From assembly GCA_963711565.1 (NCBI GenBank), contig CAVQEQ010000003.1, positions 544,001 through 608,000 on the forward strand: 64,000 nucleotides of DNA. Direction: 5' to 3'. The notes beneath the pieces were generated by a model, which saw only the letters and a list, made by a program, of their open reading frames with translations, was not told the DNA's origin and searched no databases. This stretch comes from an uncultured delta proteobacterium. Its GTDB lineage: Bacteria > Desulfobacterota > Binatia > Binatales > Binataceae. How positions within the stretch are numbered: the first letter of the stretch is position 1; each line of letters starts with the position of its first letter. Below, piece by piece: positions 40,003 to 49,349 of this stretch. A program made the position numbers and the translations under genes.

Positions 40003-40977
40003 TCACACTTGGGAGACCGTATAGGCCACCTGGCTGCCGTCGAAGTATGGCTTGTAGTAGGTCGATCCAAATACGTAGTAAGTCATGTCGTTGAACGTGG
40101 TCGCGTAGGCGCCGTTCGGCAGAGTATAGACGTTAGCTCCTATCGGTGGACTTACAATCTGATAGCCGGATCCATTTTGCTGATAGAAGGTCCCATTCGA
40201 ATAGAAGAAGGTGACGCCGTAGGCGTAGGTCGTCGCCGCACCCGGCGGCAAATAAGGAACCGTCGCACCTATAGGAGGTGCAACCACGGCATATTGACCG
40301 CCGCTCGGCGCTACGAAGTTACCGTTGGAATAGTAGTAAGGAGTCCCGTTATTGATGATAGTCGTCGATGATGCCGGCGGCTGCGCCATGCTCGAACCTA
40401 TCATCATACCTGCGGCCAGACCTCCTACGGCACCGAGCGCAGCGGCGCCGGCAACGTCACCCGAACTATATCCCCCTCCGCCGCAGCAGTAAGGATTGCC
40501 GCCGCCTCCGTAATAATTGTTGGAGTTGTTTTGGTTCACGGTGTCGATCGTGTTGTCGTTCTCCGTGTTCATCTTTTTTTCGGTCTTTTCATTGTTCTGC
40601 TGAAGGGTATTAACTTCGTTGTACTGGGCCTGCTTTTGCGCCGTCTGATTCGCGTTGTAGGTGTTGTAGTCCGCCTGCTTGGTCGATGAGGAAGTGTTCT
40701 GCCATGTGCTCGAAGAATGGTTCTCTGACTGGCCGCCCGAGGAATAGTTATCGGAGTGGCTGAAGTTGCCACCGCCAAAACCGTCGCCGCCATGACCGCC
40801 CCATCCGCCGCCTCCTCCGCCGCCACGTCCGCCAAATCCGCCACCGCCACGACCGCCATAGCCGCCGCCACTCCATCTGGCCAAGGCTGGCGGAGCAGTC
40901 AGCAAGGCAACTCCGGCTATCGCGACGGCCATTTGAAGCGCGCGCCTGCCGCCAGTCGAAGGATTTGATTTTTTCAT
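40003..40977 (-). CDS. Secreted Gly-rich protein with Tyr-rich xVVAPPIGA repeats (DUF6515-like)
   Basis: Signal peptide, RGG/Gly tract, YYYSNG..YAVVAPPIGA repeats; ATG 40977 after ggagga. Confidence 0.75.
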   Translation of the reverse strand: MKKSNPSTGGRRALQMAVAIAGVALLTAPPALARWSGGGYGGRGGGGFGGRGGGGGGGWGGHGGDGFGGGNFSHSDNYSSGGQSENHSSSTWQNTSSSTKQADYNTYNANQTAQKQAQYNEVNTLQQNNEKTEKKMNTENDNTIDTVNQNNSNNYYGGGGNPYCCGGGGYSSGDVAGAAALGAVGGLAAGMMIGSSMAQPPASSTTIINNGTPYYYSNGNFVAPSGGQYAVVAPPIGATVPYLPPGAATTYAYGVTFFYSNGTFYQQNGSGYQIVSPPIGANVYTLPNGAYATTFNDMTYYVFGSTYYKPYFDGSQVAYTVSQV

Positions 40978-41110
40978 GGCCTGGTCTCCTCCATGCTCAA
41001 CGCTCCCAGTCCTAACGCTTGATCGATTACCGGGCAAGATGCCCGAATGATATTGTCCTTTGGTACAATACGAGGTGCGAAATAGGCCGCGACCCGCACT
41101 CAGGAAGCGC

Positions 41111-41497
41111 TCAGCGCGTGAGGCGGCGCCGAGACGAAGCGAGAAACAACCGCATCGGCAACACCTCGCGCGTCACCGGATTCACCATCAGGCCTAGACT
41201 CTCCAGGGTCAGCGCTCCGAGCAGAGGAGTGACGTTCAGCGGGCCGAATACGACCTTCGAGGTCCCGCGCCGCCCGCCGAGTTCGAAGAACGCCTCGCCA
41301 ACGTCGTAAGCGCGATGCGTCCCGTCGGCGAGCGTGAACTCTTCGCGATCAAGCTTCTCGAGCGCGAGCTTCTTGGCTATCGACCCCGGTAGAACGCTAT
41401 AGAGTGCGCCGGTATCGATCAGAAACTCGATCTCGACAGTCTGCCCACGCGGCCGGCGCGGGTTTGAGACTTTGGCGTTCGTTAATGTTATTCCCAT
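41111..41497 (-). CDS. Clan AA (retropepsin-like) aspartic protease
   Basis: FLIDTGA, LADG, PLLGALTLESLG. Confidence 0.85.
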   Translation of the reverse strand: MGITLTNAKVSNPRRPRGQTVEIEFLIDTGALYSVLPGSIAKKLALEKLDREEFTLADGTHRAYDVGEAFFELGGRRGTSKVVFGPLNVTPLLGALTLESLGLMVNPVTREVLPMRLFLASSRRRLTR

Positions 41498-41516
41498 TCC
41501 GTCTTCGCACTGTCTT

Positions 41517-41592
<76 letters not shown>

Positions 41593-41624
41593 ACCGTCGA
41601 AGCACGTTTGCGTAGCAGGATGTT

Positions 41625-41701
41625 TGGGGTGAGTGAAGGGATTTGAACCCTCGACCGCCGGAGCCACAATCCGATGCTCTGCCAACTGAGCTACACTCAC
41701 C
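41625..41701 (-). tRNA. tRNA-His(GTG)
   Basis: G-1, TCGGA-TTGTGGC-TCCGG anticodon arm, C discriminator, encoded CCA. Confidence 0.97.
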
Positions 41702-41759
41702 ACCTCGATTACTCAATCCATTCAGCGCCTCGTGCCGGAGAATTCTGAAAAGGCCTCCT

Positions 41760-41836
<77 letters not shown>

Positions 41837-41839
41837 GTA

Positions 41840-41913
41840 TCGGGGCGAGCCGATTTGAACGGCCGACCCCCTGCTCCCAAGGCAGGTGCGCTACCAAGCT
41901 GCGCTACGCCCCG
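41840..41913 (-). tRNA. tRNA-Pro(TGG), CCA not encoded
   Basis: CGGGGCG acceptor, CCTGC-CTTGGGA-GCAGG anticodon arm. Confidence 0.96.
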
Positions 41914-42307
41914 AGCCTTTAGGAAGTAACACACCGGCGATCTGCTCTCAACCAAGGATCTCTCGCGCATCGATTTTGTTCATCGACGTTTTCATGCAAC
42001 CGAGCACCGCGTGCGCGAGATCGTTGTGGATAACCGCATCGTCGATCCCGTGCGCAAAGTTCTGCGGCGCGTTCGATGCGTTCGGGCGCGTTCCGCGCAA
42101 TGCGCCAGTGCAGTCCACTCGACGCAATCCCCCGGATGCATCCCTCGAATAGTGAACGTTCCGGATCGCATGCAGCACAGCGGTCGCAACTTGCAAAACT
42201 CGCGATTTTCGCGGGAAAGTGGCCTAATTCGGTACTTCCAGCCATACTGCGTCGCAGAAAGAGAAAAAATCTCAGCTCACTGTCCATAATTCTTCTAGAC
42301 TTTTCCG

Positions 42308-42323
42308 AGGCACAATCTTTGCT
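42308..42323 (+). promoter_or_regulatory. Sigma54 (-24/-12) promoter
   Basis: AGGCAC-AATCT-TTGCT, GG-N10-GC spacing exact. Confidence 0.65.
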
Positions 42324-42333
42324 TTCCTCTATT

Positions 42334-42451
42334 GTTGCGCTGACAATCTCCTCCCCCGAGACCCAGCGCGTGTCCCCAAGCAAAGGCCGGGCTACTTGAA
42401 CCGTCGGCTCCCCACCACGGTCCCCACTTGTAGCCCGGCCGTTCTTTTTTT
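42334..42451 (+). ncRNA. Candidate sRNA A (two stem-loops, four UCCCC motifs, U-tract)
   Basis: Stem gcgctg/cagcgc with CUCCCCC loop; 11-bp stem ggccgggctac/gtagcccggcc then T7; follows the sigma54 motif. Confidence 0.6.
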
Positions 42452-42560
42452 CCAAATACAAATTACGATCGCGTTTCTCTCCCCCGCATTTTTGCTTCAC
42501 GATTTCTGTTATTCTATCCGGCATTCGGACGCCGTCCGGCAGGGGGTTTGTATCGTTCGC

Positions 42561-43232
42561 CTGAGCGGAAATTTTCGCGCATCGATCGTCGCGATATTCG
42601 CAGCCGCGGTTTCCGTTGCGCTCGGCGGATGCTGGATGGCAGCGGCTCAGTTCGCGCCGATCGCCGCTAACATAGGCGAGCAGGTCGGCGGCGACGCGCT
42701 CGAGCTGACTGCCGGTGTTGAAGCCTCCACGCACGCGCAACAGAACGCAGAAAAGAAGGAAGAAGACGCGCGTCAAAGTGCGATGACCAGCGGCGACACC
42801 TGCAATCAACTCGAAGTCGAAGTGCCCGATGTGATCGAGTTGCGCCGCGGAGCCGCCGGCGCGCCCGAATATCGCGAGCTCGAGATCGGCGATTCGCTCG
42901 ACCAGCGGCAATGGCTCCCGCTCGCGGACAGTGAAACGACGCCCGACGGATGGCGCCCCGCGGTTAATTTTCTGCAGATGGATTTCTCGCCGCCGCTCGG
43001 CGCGGTGGTCCCTGAAACGGCGAGCACTTATTTGGCCTACACGCCCTCGAAGGTCATCACCGCCGCCGACGGCGATCGCCTCACTGCGATGAGCACGAAC
43101 TTCGGCCCACCGGTCGGCACCTTTACCTGGAAGGGAACCTACTACCATTACGTGGTGACCAGCACGCTGCCATGCTTTCCGCCTCCGCCCGAGCGTCTCG
43201 CACAGGATGTCAGCGCCCGTTCGGGCTTCTAA
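42561..43232 (+). CDS. Hypothetical lipoprotein
   Basis: Hydrophobic stretch ending in lipobox ALGGC; start codon uncertain. Confidence 0.65.
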   Translation: MSGNFRASIVAIFAAAVSVALGGCWMAAAQFAPIAANIGEQVGGDALELTAGVEASTHAQQNAEKKEEDARQSAMTSGDTCNQLEVEVPDVIELRRGAAGAPEYRELEIGDSLDQRQWLPLADSETTPDGWRPAVNFLQMDFSPPLGAVVPETASTYLAYTPSKVITAADGDRLTAMSTNFGPPVGTFTWKGTYYHYVVTSTLPCFPPPPERLAQDVSARSGF

Positions 43233-43262
43233 ATCATTTTCGCGTATCGCCGGCGACGAGTA

Positions 43263-45080
43263 TCAGCCGTTCTCGCGCGCATAGCGTCGCGCCGCGAGCG
43301 CTCCGAACGCGAGCCGCGACCTCGCGCGCTGGAGGATGAAACTGCGGACCGCGCGGCGCGTCTCGTTGGTGCTGGCGCAAATTTGGGAACATCCCACATC
43401 GATCAGCGCGCCCGCCTGCTCAATCGCCGCCGCCCCGCCCACCGCAATCGTCACGCGACTCGAGATCGCCCGGATCAACGTCACCAGTTCAATCGTCGCC
43501 TCGATACATTCGCCGTTCACGCACGAAATGAAAACGAAGTCGGGTGTGAACCGTTTGACCAGCTCGCAAATCTCCACCGCTGATTTATTCTCGCCGGCAA
43601 AGCTTGCGACCACGCCGTCCTTGCGCACCAACTCGAGCAACATCAGCAGGCTCAGGAGGTTCGCGTCGCCGGGCGCCATCACGCCCAGTACTCGCACGCT
43701 CGGAGAAATCCGCGCGTTGGTGAATCTGCTGGACAGCTCCCCGATGAGTTGATGCGTCGTATCGAGAATGAGCCGCTCGTGTTCTTCGCTGATATGGTTC
43801 CCCGCGCGCTCCTCGTTCGTCAGCGCCAGCGCCGGCTGAATCACGTCCTCGAAGGTTCGTTCGAGCCCGTTCTCGTCGCAGTAGCGGATCGCAACCTGCC
43901 TGGCCCCGTCGGGATTGAGTTCGAGCAGCATGCGGTAGAAGTCATGGTAGTCGTCGAGCACCCGATCCGCGCCGAGCAGGATCGCGAGAAATCCCAGCGG
44001 GGGAATGTAGTCGCCCGCCACCTTCAGGCAAGCGGTCAAGGGTGTCGACAGCAGCAGTCCGGGTATTCCCCACAGCCACGACCAGTACATCGCGGATACC
44101 AGCAGCGCCACTGGCGAGACGTCAACTCCGCGGCCAATTATGAATGGCTCGGCCAACTGCGCCGCAACCTGATCGAGCACGATGAAGGCGCCGAGTATCT
44201 CGAGCGACCTGCTCCAGCCGGGAAACAACGCGAAGGCGACCAGCGCCGGCATCACCGCCGAGCTCATCGCGCCGACGTACGGAATGAATCGCAACAGGAA
44301 CGCGATCAGGCCCCACAGCGCGGCGCTCGGCAGGCCCAGGTACCACGCTACGATTCCGGTGGCGACTCCGTAGCCGAGATTGATCAGCGAAAATAGCAGC
44401 AGGTAATGGCCGACGTTGTAACTCGCAGTTTCCATCGCCTCCGCCGAGATCGGGACCCTCCCGCGCGCCGCCAGCCGCACAAATCGATCGCGCAAATCTT
44501 TTCTGCTGTAGAGCAGAAAAAACAGCAGCACGATAATCAGCAGCGTATTGACGATCGCATCGACGATCGGCGCCACCGGCTTCAGACTGTCGCTCAGCGG
44601 CGCGGCAACCGGAATCGCCATCACTTCGCGCGGTTTATGCTGCGGTTGATTCGCACCTTCCACCCGCTGCTGAACCTCGCTGACCGCCTCCTTGACGTGC
44701 TGGAGCCACGGCGGCGTGGTCTTTTCCAGCGTCGCCAGTTTGTTCCCGATATTGTCCGAGTACTCCGATACCTGGTCCGCGACTTCGGTCAATTCGATCG
44801 TCAGAAAGTACCCCATCGCCGAGATGAAGCCGATCACCAGCAGCACTACGATTGCGGCGCTGATCAAGCGGCCGCAGTAATGCTCCAGGCGCGACGCGAT
44901 CGGACTGAAAACCACGCTCATGATCAGCGCGCTCGCGAGCGGTAGCAGCACCGGCTTGCCGAAGTACAGCGCTCCGGTGCCGATGATCAGCGCGCAAACA
45001 GTTCCGGCGACCCGCAGCAGCGCGAAGCGGTCGCCACTTTCGTAGTAAGGTTGCTCCGTTTCTTTTTCGATCTCCGCCAA
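43263..45080 (-). CDS. AI-2E family transporter with C-terminal cobalamin-binding-like domain
   Basis: LLPLASA, DLRDRFVRL, LRFIPYVG, WSWLWGIPGLLLSTPLT; C-terminal helical cap plus Rossmann-like part (IAVGGAA). Confidence 0.85.
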   Translation of the reverse strand: MAEIEKETEQPYYESGDRFALLRVAGTVCALIIGTGALYFGKPVLLPLASALIMSVVFSPIASRLEHYCGRLISAAIVVLLVIGFISAMGYFLTIELTEVADQVSEYSDNIGNKLATLEKTTPPWLQHVKEAVSEVQQRVEGANQPQHKPREVMAIPVAAPLSDSLKPVAPIVDAIVNTLLIIVLLFFLLYSRKDLRDRFVRLAARGRVPISAEAMETASYNVGHYLLLFSLINLGYGVATGIVAWYLGLPSAALWGLIAFLLRFIPYVGAMSSAVMPALVAFALFPGWSRSLEILGAFIVLDQVAAQLAEPFIIGRGVDVSPVALLVSAMYWSWLWGIPGLLLSTPLTACLKVAGDYIPPLGFLAILLGADRVLDDYHDFYRMLLELNPDGARQVAIRYCDENGLERTFEDVIQPALALTNEERAGNHISEEHERLILDTTHQLIGELSSRFTNARISPSVRVLGVMAPGDANLLSLLMLLELVRKDGVVASFAGENKSAVEICELVKRFTPDFVFISCVNGECIEATIELVTLIRAISSRVTIAVGGAAAIEQAGALIDVGCSQICASTNETRRAVRSFILQRARSRLAFGALAARRYARENG

Positions 45081-45129
45081 ATGAATCCACCCCCCTGACG
45101 GCTATTAGGCTCGCGCCACCACCCTCCGG

Positions 45130-45145
45130 TGCAATACCTGTTCCG
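45130..45145 (-). promoter_or_regulatory. Possible sigma54 promoter for the AI-2E gene
   Basis: Minus strand CGGAAC-AGGTA-TTGCA, GG-N10-GC, about 50 bp upstream of the start. Confidence 0.45.
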
Positions 45146-45305
45146 CGCCGCAACCATGCCGATCGCATACGATGCGCGCGGCGCTTGTCGGTCGATTCCT
45201 GAATCTGTGAAGTTTTTTCCGGGTTATTCTTTGATCTGAAATCGCGCGGCAGCAAAACAGATAGAGGATGCCTCTCTTCCTCGCTTTCTTTCGCCTCTCG
45301 ATTTC

Positions 45306-45321
45306 TGGCACATCGATTGCT
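45306..45321 (+). promoter_or_regulatory. Sigma54 (-24/-12) promoter
   Basis: TGGCAC-ATCGA-TTGCT, full consensus. Confidence 0.75.
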
Positions 45322-45332
45322 ACCCTACGTCC

Positions 45333-45473
45333 CGATAGCTCGGAGGGTGCGTCGGAGTCGCAACCGCATCATCCCCACTCAACCCGTCCCCCCGACGACT
45401 CCGGCGCAACCCCCTCCGATTAAAAATGGAAGCCGCATCGGACCCGGTTTTCCAAAGATTTTCTGGAGACCGG
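45333..45473 (+). ncRNA. Candidate sRNA B or structured leader (long stem with C-rich loop)
   Basis: Arms 45340-45360 and 45396-45419 pair over about 21 bp around a 35-nt loop with two UCCCC; second hairpin 45444-45473. Confidence 0.5.
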
Positions 45474-45697
45474 CCTTCCTCGCAAAAAGCCGTGTTTTAT
45501 CTATACATTTCGTCGATTTTCAGGTGACTCGACCGCTCTTTCACGCTACGGTTGTTGGGATATCGCCACTGCCCCTACTGGATTTCGCTCGCCGCGAAAT
45601 ATAAGAAGGCAGGTCCGGGGAAGCTGATAGCCAGCCGCCACCGGCGAACGCGATCACGATAGGAGTCGCGCTGAGAGCGCGCGGGAGGTTTCAAGTC

Positions 45698-46579
45698 ATG
45701 CCGGCTCGTTCGATATCTACTGCCAGTCTGACCTTCGGACTCGTCTCGATTCCGGTGCGCCTGTTCCCGGCCACGAGTTCCAAGTCCGTCGCCTTCCATC
45801 TGCTCCACGCGAAAGACATGACTCGCATCCAGCAGAAGGTTTATTGCCCTAAGGAAGAAAAGATCATCGATCGCAGCGAGCTGGTGCGCGGCTACGAAGT
45901 CGAGAAGGATCGCTACGTCACGTTCACCGACGAGGAACTCAAGAAGCTCGAAGCGCAGGCCGATCGCGCCGTCGAGATAACCGAGTTCATTCCCGCCTCG
46001 GAAGTCGATCCCGTCTATTTCGAGAACTCATACCTGCTCGGATGCGAGCCGACTTCCGCCAAGGCCTACCATCTCCTGCAGGAAGCGATGACCAAGGCCG
46101 ACAAGGTCGGCGTCGCGAAATACACGATGCGCGGAAAGGAACGGCTGGTGCTGATTCGTCCCTACGACGGCGGCCTGATGCTGCATACGATGTACTACAA
46201 CGATGAGATCCGCTCGTTCGGCGAAATCGATCACGGCGCCGACGCGCCAGTCAAGGAATCGGAACTCGGACTGGCGCAGCGCCTGCTCGATGATCTGACC
46301 GAGAAGAAATTCAAGCCGGACGAATTCAAAGACAACTACCGTGAACGCGTCATCGAGGCGGCCGAGCAGAAACTCGCGGGCCACGAATTGACCGAGCCCG
46401 CCCCCGAAGCCCGCCAGGGCAAAGTGATCGACCTGATGAGCGCGCTCAAGGAATCTTTGAAAAAGCGTGGCGTCACGGTCAACGAAGATCGCGAAGAAGC
46501 CCCGGCTACAGCCGAAGGCGAGCAACGCAAGGTCGCCGCGGGATCGCGCCGACCGTCACGCTCGCGCCGCGCCCGCTAG
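45698..46579 (+). CDS. ku: Non-homologous end joining protein Ku
   Basis: LTFGLVSIPVRL, VRGYEVEK, VDPVYFE, KVIDLMSALKESL; upstream of ligD. Confidence 0.95.
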   Translation: MPARSISTASLTFGLVSIPVRLFPATSSKSVAFHLLHAKDMTRIQQKVYCPKEEKIIDRSELVRGYEVEKDRYVTFTDEELKKLEAQADRAVEITEFIPASEVDPVYFENSYLLGCEPTSAKAYHLLQEAMTKADKVGVAKYTMRGKERLVLIRPYDGGLMLHTMYYNDEIRSFGEIDHGADAPVKESELGLAQRLLDDLTEKKFKPDEFKDNYRERVIEAAEQKLAGHELTEPAPEARQGKVIDLMSALKESLKKRGVTVNEDREEAPATAEGEQRKVAAGSRRPSRSRRAR

Positions 46580-46605
46580 CTGCGGAAGGACCGCCTTTTT
46601 CCGAT

Positions 46606-46642
46606 CCCCTTCCACCAGGGGAAGGGGTTTCGGTTAGGTTGC
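46606..46642. repeat. REP-like repeat copy 3 (opposite orientation to copy 1)
   Basis: Reverse complement gcaacctaaccgaaaccccttcccctggtggaagggg matches 1443-1481. Confidence 0.7.
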
Positions 46643-46673
46643 GGGAAGCCTTCTTCCCGCTCCACAACGAACA

Positions 46674-49334
46674 ATGTCGCTGACCAAGTACCGACAAAAG
46701 CGCAGCGCCGCGCGCACTCCCGAACCATTCGGACGCGAAGTCCCAACCTCCCCATCCACCACCAGCGGCTCCTTCGTCGTCCAGAAGCACGCCGCGCGCC
46801 GCCTCCACTACGATTTTCGACTAGAGATGGAAGGCGTCCTGCGCTCGTGGGCCGTCCCGAAAGGCCCCTCGATGAATCCCGCCGATAAGCATCTCGCCGT
46901 CGCCGTCGAGGATCATCCGCTCGAGTACGGCGACTTCGAAGGCGTGATTCCGTCCGGCAACTACGGCGCGGGCTCTGTCATCGTATGGGATCGCGGCGTT
47001 TACGACGTCATCGATCCTCCCGGCGATGCCGCAGACGCGGTCCGCAAGGGCAAAATCGACATCAACCTGCACGGCTTCAAGCTCAACGGCGCGTTCACGC
47101 TCGTCCGCACCGGCGGGCGCCACAATGCCGACCCCAAGGACGCAAAGAACTGGCTGCTCATCAAGAAGCGCGATCAATACGCCACCACCGAAAACGTTTT
47201 CGACGCCCATCCGCGCTCCGTCCTGTCCGGCTTAACGATCGAGGAACTCGCCAACGCGCCTGCCGCCGAGCGCAAACTCGCCGACAATCTCGCGCGCAGG
47301 CATCTCCCCGAACTCGGCACGAAGCTCAAGCATACGGACTTCCCGCTGACCCTCGCCAAGACCGTTGACGATTCTTTTGACAACGACAAGTGGCTATTCG
47401 AAATCAAGTACGACGGCGTCCGCGTACTGGCTATTCGCGAGGGCGAGAATACTCACTTGTACGCGCGCAGCGGCACCGACATTACTAATCGATATCCCGA
47501 GGTCGTGCTCGCGCTGAATTCGATCGCGCTCGACCGCTTTGTCCTCGACGGCGAGATAGTCGCCCTGGACGAACGCGGCCGCCCGAGCTTCCAGCTCCTG
47601 CAAAGAAGAATGCACGTCAACAACGCTTATCAGATCGCTCGCCTGAGCCTCGCCGTCCCCGCCAGCTACTACGTGTTCGATCTGCTCGGCTTCGATCGTT
47701 TCGATACGCGTACCTTGCCGCTCGAGGAGCGCAAGCGTCTCCTGAGCGAACTGGTCCACAACGAAGGCCCAGTCCGCTACTGCGACCATGTGATCGGGCG
47801 CGGCAAGGATTTCTACGCCGCCATCTCGGAGCACGACCTCGAAGGCGTCGTCGCCAAGTTGCGCGACGCGCCTTATCGCGGCACGCGCACCGGCGATTGG
47901 CTGAAAATCAAACGCCCGCTGACCCTCCCCTTCGTCATCGGCGGCTACAGCGACCCCGACGGCACGCGAACCCATTTCGGCGCGTTGCTGCTCGGTCAAT
48001 ACGAACCGGACGGCGCGCTGCGCTACACCGACAAGGTCGGCACCGGCTTCAATCAGGACAAGCTGCGCAAGATCCATGCGATGCTCGTGGAGCGCGCGCA
48101 AGCGTCGTCGCCGTTCCGCAAACCTGGCCTCGGAGAACCCTTTCCTGAAAAAAGCGCGCATTTCGTGCGGCCAGAGCTGGTTTGCAACGTTCGCTTCACC
48201 GAATGGACCGACAGCGGCGGTATCCGCCAGCCGAGTTTTTTGGGCTTGGCCGAGGACACTGATCCTCGCGACTGCATCTATGCCGGTCCCGCCGCTCAGC
48301 CGGACACGGACAATAATGCAAGCGATGCCACAATACCCGATTTTGACCAAAACGGAGGCGGTGAAGTGAAAGGACGCAAAGGCCGCGACAAGAGTGCGAC
48401 GCCCTCGGCGCCCGAGCCGATAGCGTCAATCACCAATCCCGAGAAAATCTTCTGGCCCAAAGACGGCTACACCAAGGGCGACCTGGTCGCATACTACCGC
48501 GCGATTTCGAAATGGATGCTGCCGTACCTGAAGGACCGGCCAGTCATGCTTACCCGTTTTCCAGACGGCATCGAGGGCAAGATGTTCTATCAAAAGGACG
48601 CGCCCGCTTTTGTGCCGCATTGGATTCGCACCGAGAAAATTTATTCCGAGGACTCGCAGCGCGAAATTTCGTACTTCGTCCTGGACAGCGAAGAGGCGCT
48701 CGCCTATGTGGCGAATCTCGCCGCCATCACGATTCACATGTGGTCGTCGCGCATCCCGCACCTCGAGCGTCCCGACTGGCTCCTGTTCGACATCGATCCC
48801 AAAGGCAGCACGACGCGCCATGCGGTCGAAGTCGCGCGCGAAGTGGCTAATGTCCTGCGCGAGGTCGGGCTCGAACCTTGTCTGAAGACCTCGGGGCAAA
48901 TGGGCATTCACGTAGTAGTGGGTCTGGCGCCGAAATATACTTACGATCAAGCGAAGATGTTCTCGGAGTTGGTATCACAAGTAGTAGTCAAGCGGGTGCC
49001 GAAAATCGCCACGATCAATCGCAATCCGCGCTCGCGCAACGGCCGCGTATATATCGACTACCTGCAACTCGGCCACGGCAAGACCATCGCGGCGCCGTTC
49101 TCGGTCCGCCCGATGCCGGGCGCGCCCGTCTCCGCACCGATGACGTGGAAGGAACTCAAGCCGTCACTCGATCCGGGAATCTACAACATCAAGACGATGC
49201 CGCCACGGATATCCCGCATGAAGCGCGACCCATTCCTCGACGCAATCGAAAAGCATGCCGGCCTGGAGAGCGCGCTGCCGAATCTGGAGACCCTCCTGGC
49301 CCGCTTCGAGAGCCGTCCCGCGGCCACATCCTGA
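46674..49334 (+). CDS. ligD: NHEJ DNA ligase D (phosphoesterase-ligase-polymerase)
   Basis: QKHAARRLHYDFRLE, EIKYDG, EGVVAK, WLKIK, RFPDG, FDIDP, KTSG. Confidence 0.95.
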   Translation: MSLTKYRQKRSAARTPEPFGREVPTSPSTTSGSFVVQKHAARRLHYDFRLEMEGVLRSWAVPKGPSMNPADKHLAVAVEDHPLEYGDFEGVIPSGNYGAGSVIVWDRGVYDVIDPPGDAADAVRKGKIDINLHGFKLNGAFTLVRTGGRHNADPKDAKNWLLIKKRDQYATTENVFDAHPRSVLSGLTIEELANAPAAERKLADNLARRHLPELGTKLKHTDFPLTLAKTVDDSFDNDKWLFEIKYDGVRVLAIREGENTHLYARSGTDITNRYPEVVLALNSIALDRFVLDGEIVALDERGRPSFQLLQRRMHVNNAYQIARLSLAVPASYYVFDLLGFDRFDTRTLPLEERKRLLSELVHNEGPVRYCDHVIGRGKDFYAAISEHDLEGVVAKLRDAPYRGTRTGDWLKIKRPLTLPFVIGGYSDPDGTRTHFGALLLGQYEPDGALRYTDKVGTGFNQDKLRKIHAMLVERAQASSPFRKPGLGEPFPEKSAHFVRPELVCNVRFTEWTDSGGIRQPSFLGLAEDTDPRDCIYAGPAAQPDTDNNASDATIPDFDQNGGGEVKGRKGRDKSATPSAPEPIASITNPEKIFWPKDGYTKGDLVAYYRAISKWMLPYLKDRPVMLTRFPDGIEGKMFYQKDAPAFVPHWIRTEKIYSEDSQREISYFVLDSEEALAYVANLAAITIHMWSSRIPHLERPDWLLFDIDPKGSTTRHAVEVAREVANVLREVGLEPCLKTSGQMGIHVVVGLAPKYTYDQAKMFSELVSQVVVKRVPKIATINRNPRSRNGRVYIDYLQLGHGKTIAAPFSVRPMPGAPVSAPMTWKELKPSLDPGIYNIKTMPPRISRMKRDPFLDAIEKHAGLESALPNLETLLARFESRPAATS

Positions 49335-49349
49335 GCGGACAATCGCAAG

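Noticed and set aside
41914-42300. Possible replication origin (perfect DnaA box tgtggataa at 42025-42033)
   Set aside because: Only one box seen, no AT-rich unwinding element or dnaA-linked genes; may be chance or a lone regulatory site.
42319-42347. Sigma70 reading TTGCTT-17-GACAAT for sRNA A
   Set aside because: Weaker than the sigma54 match and would start transcription inside SL1; kept only as an alternative.
45317-45604. 95-aa ORF downstream of the sigma54 motif
   Set aside because: Its TTG start lies inside the -12 element, there is no RBS, and the Pro-rich text simply reflects the C-rich RNA loop.
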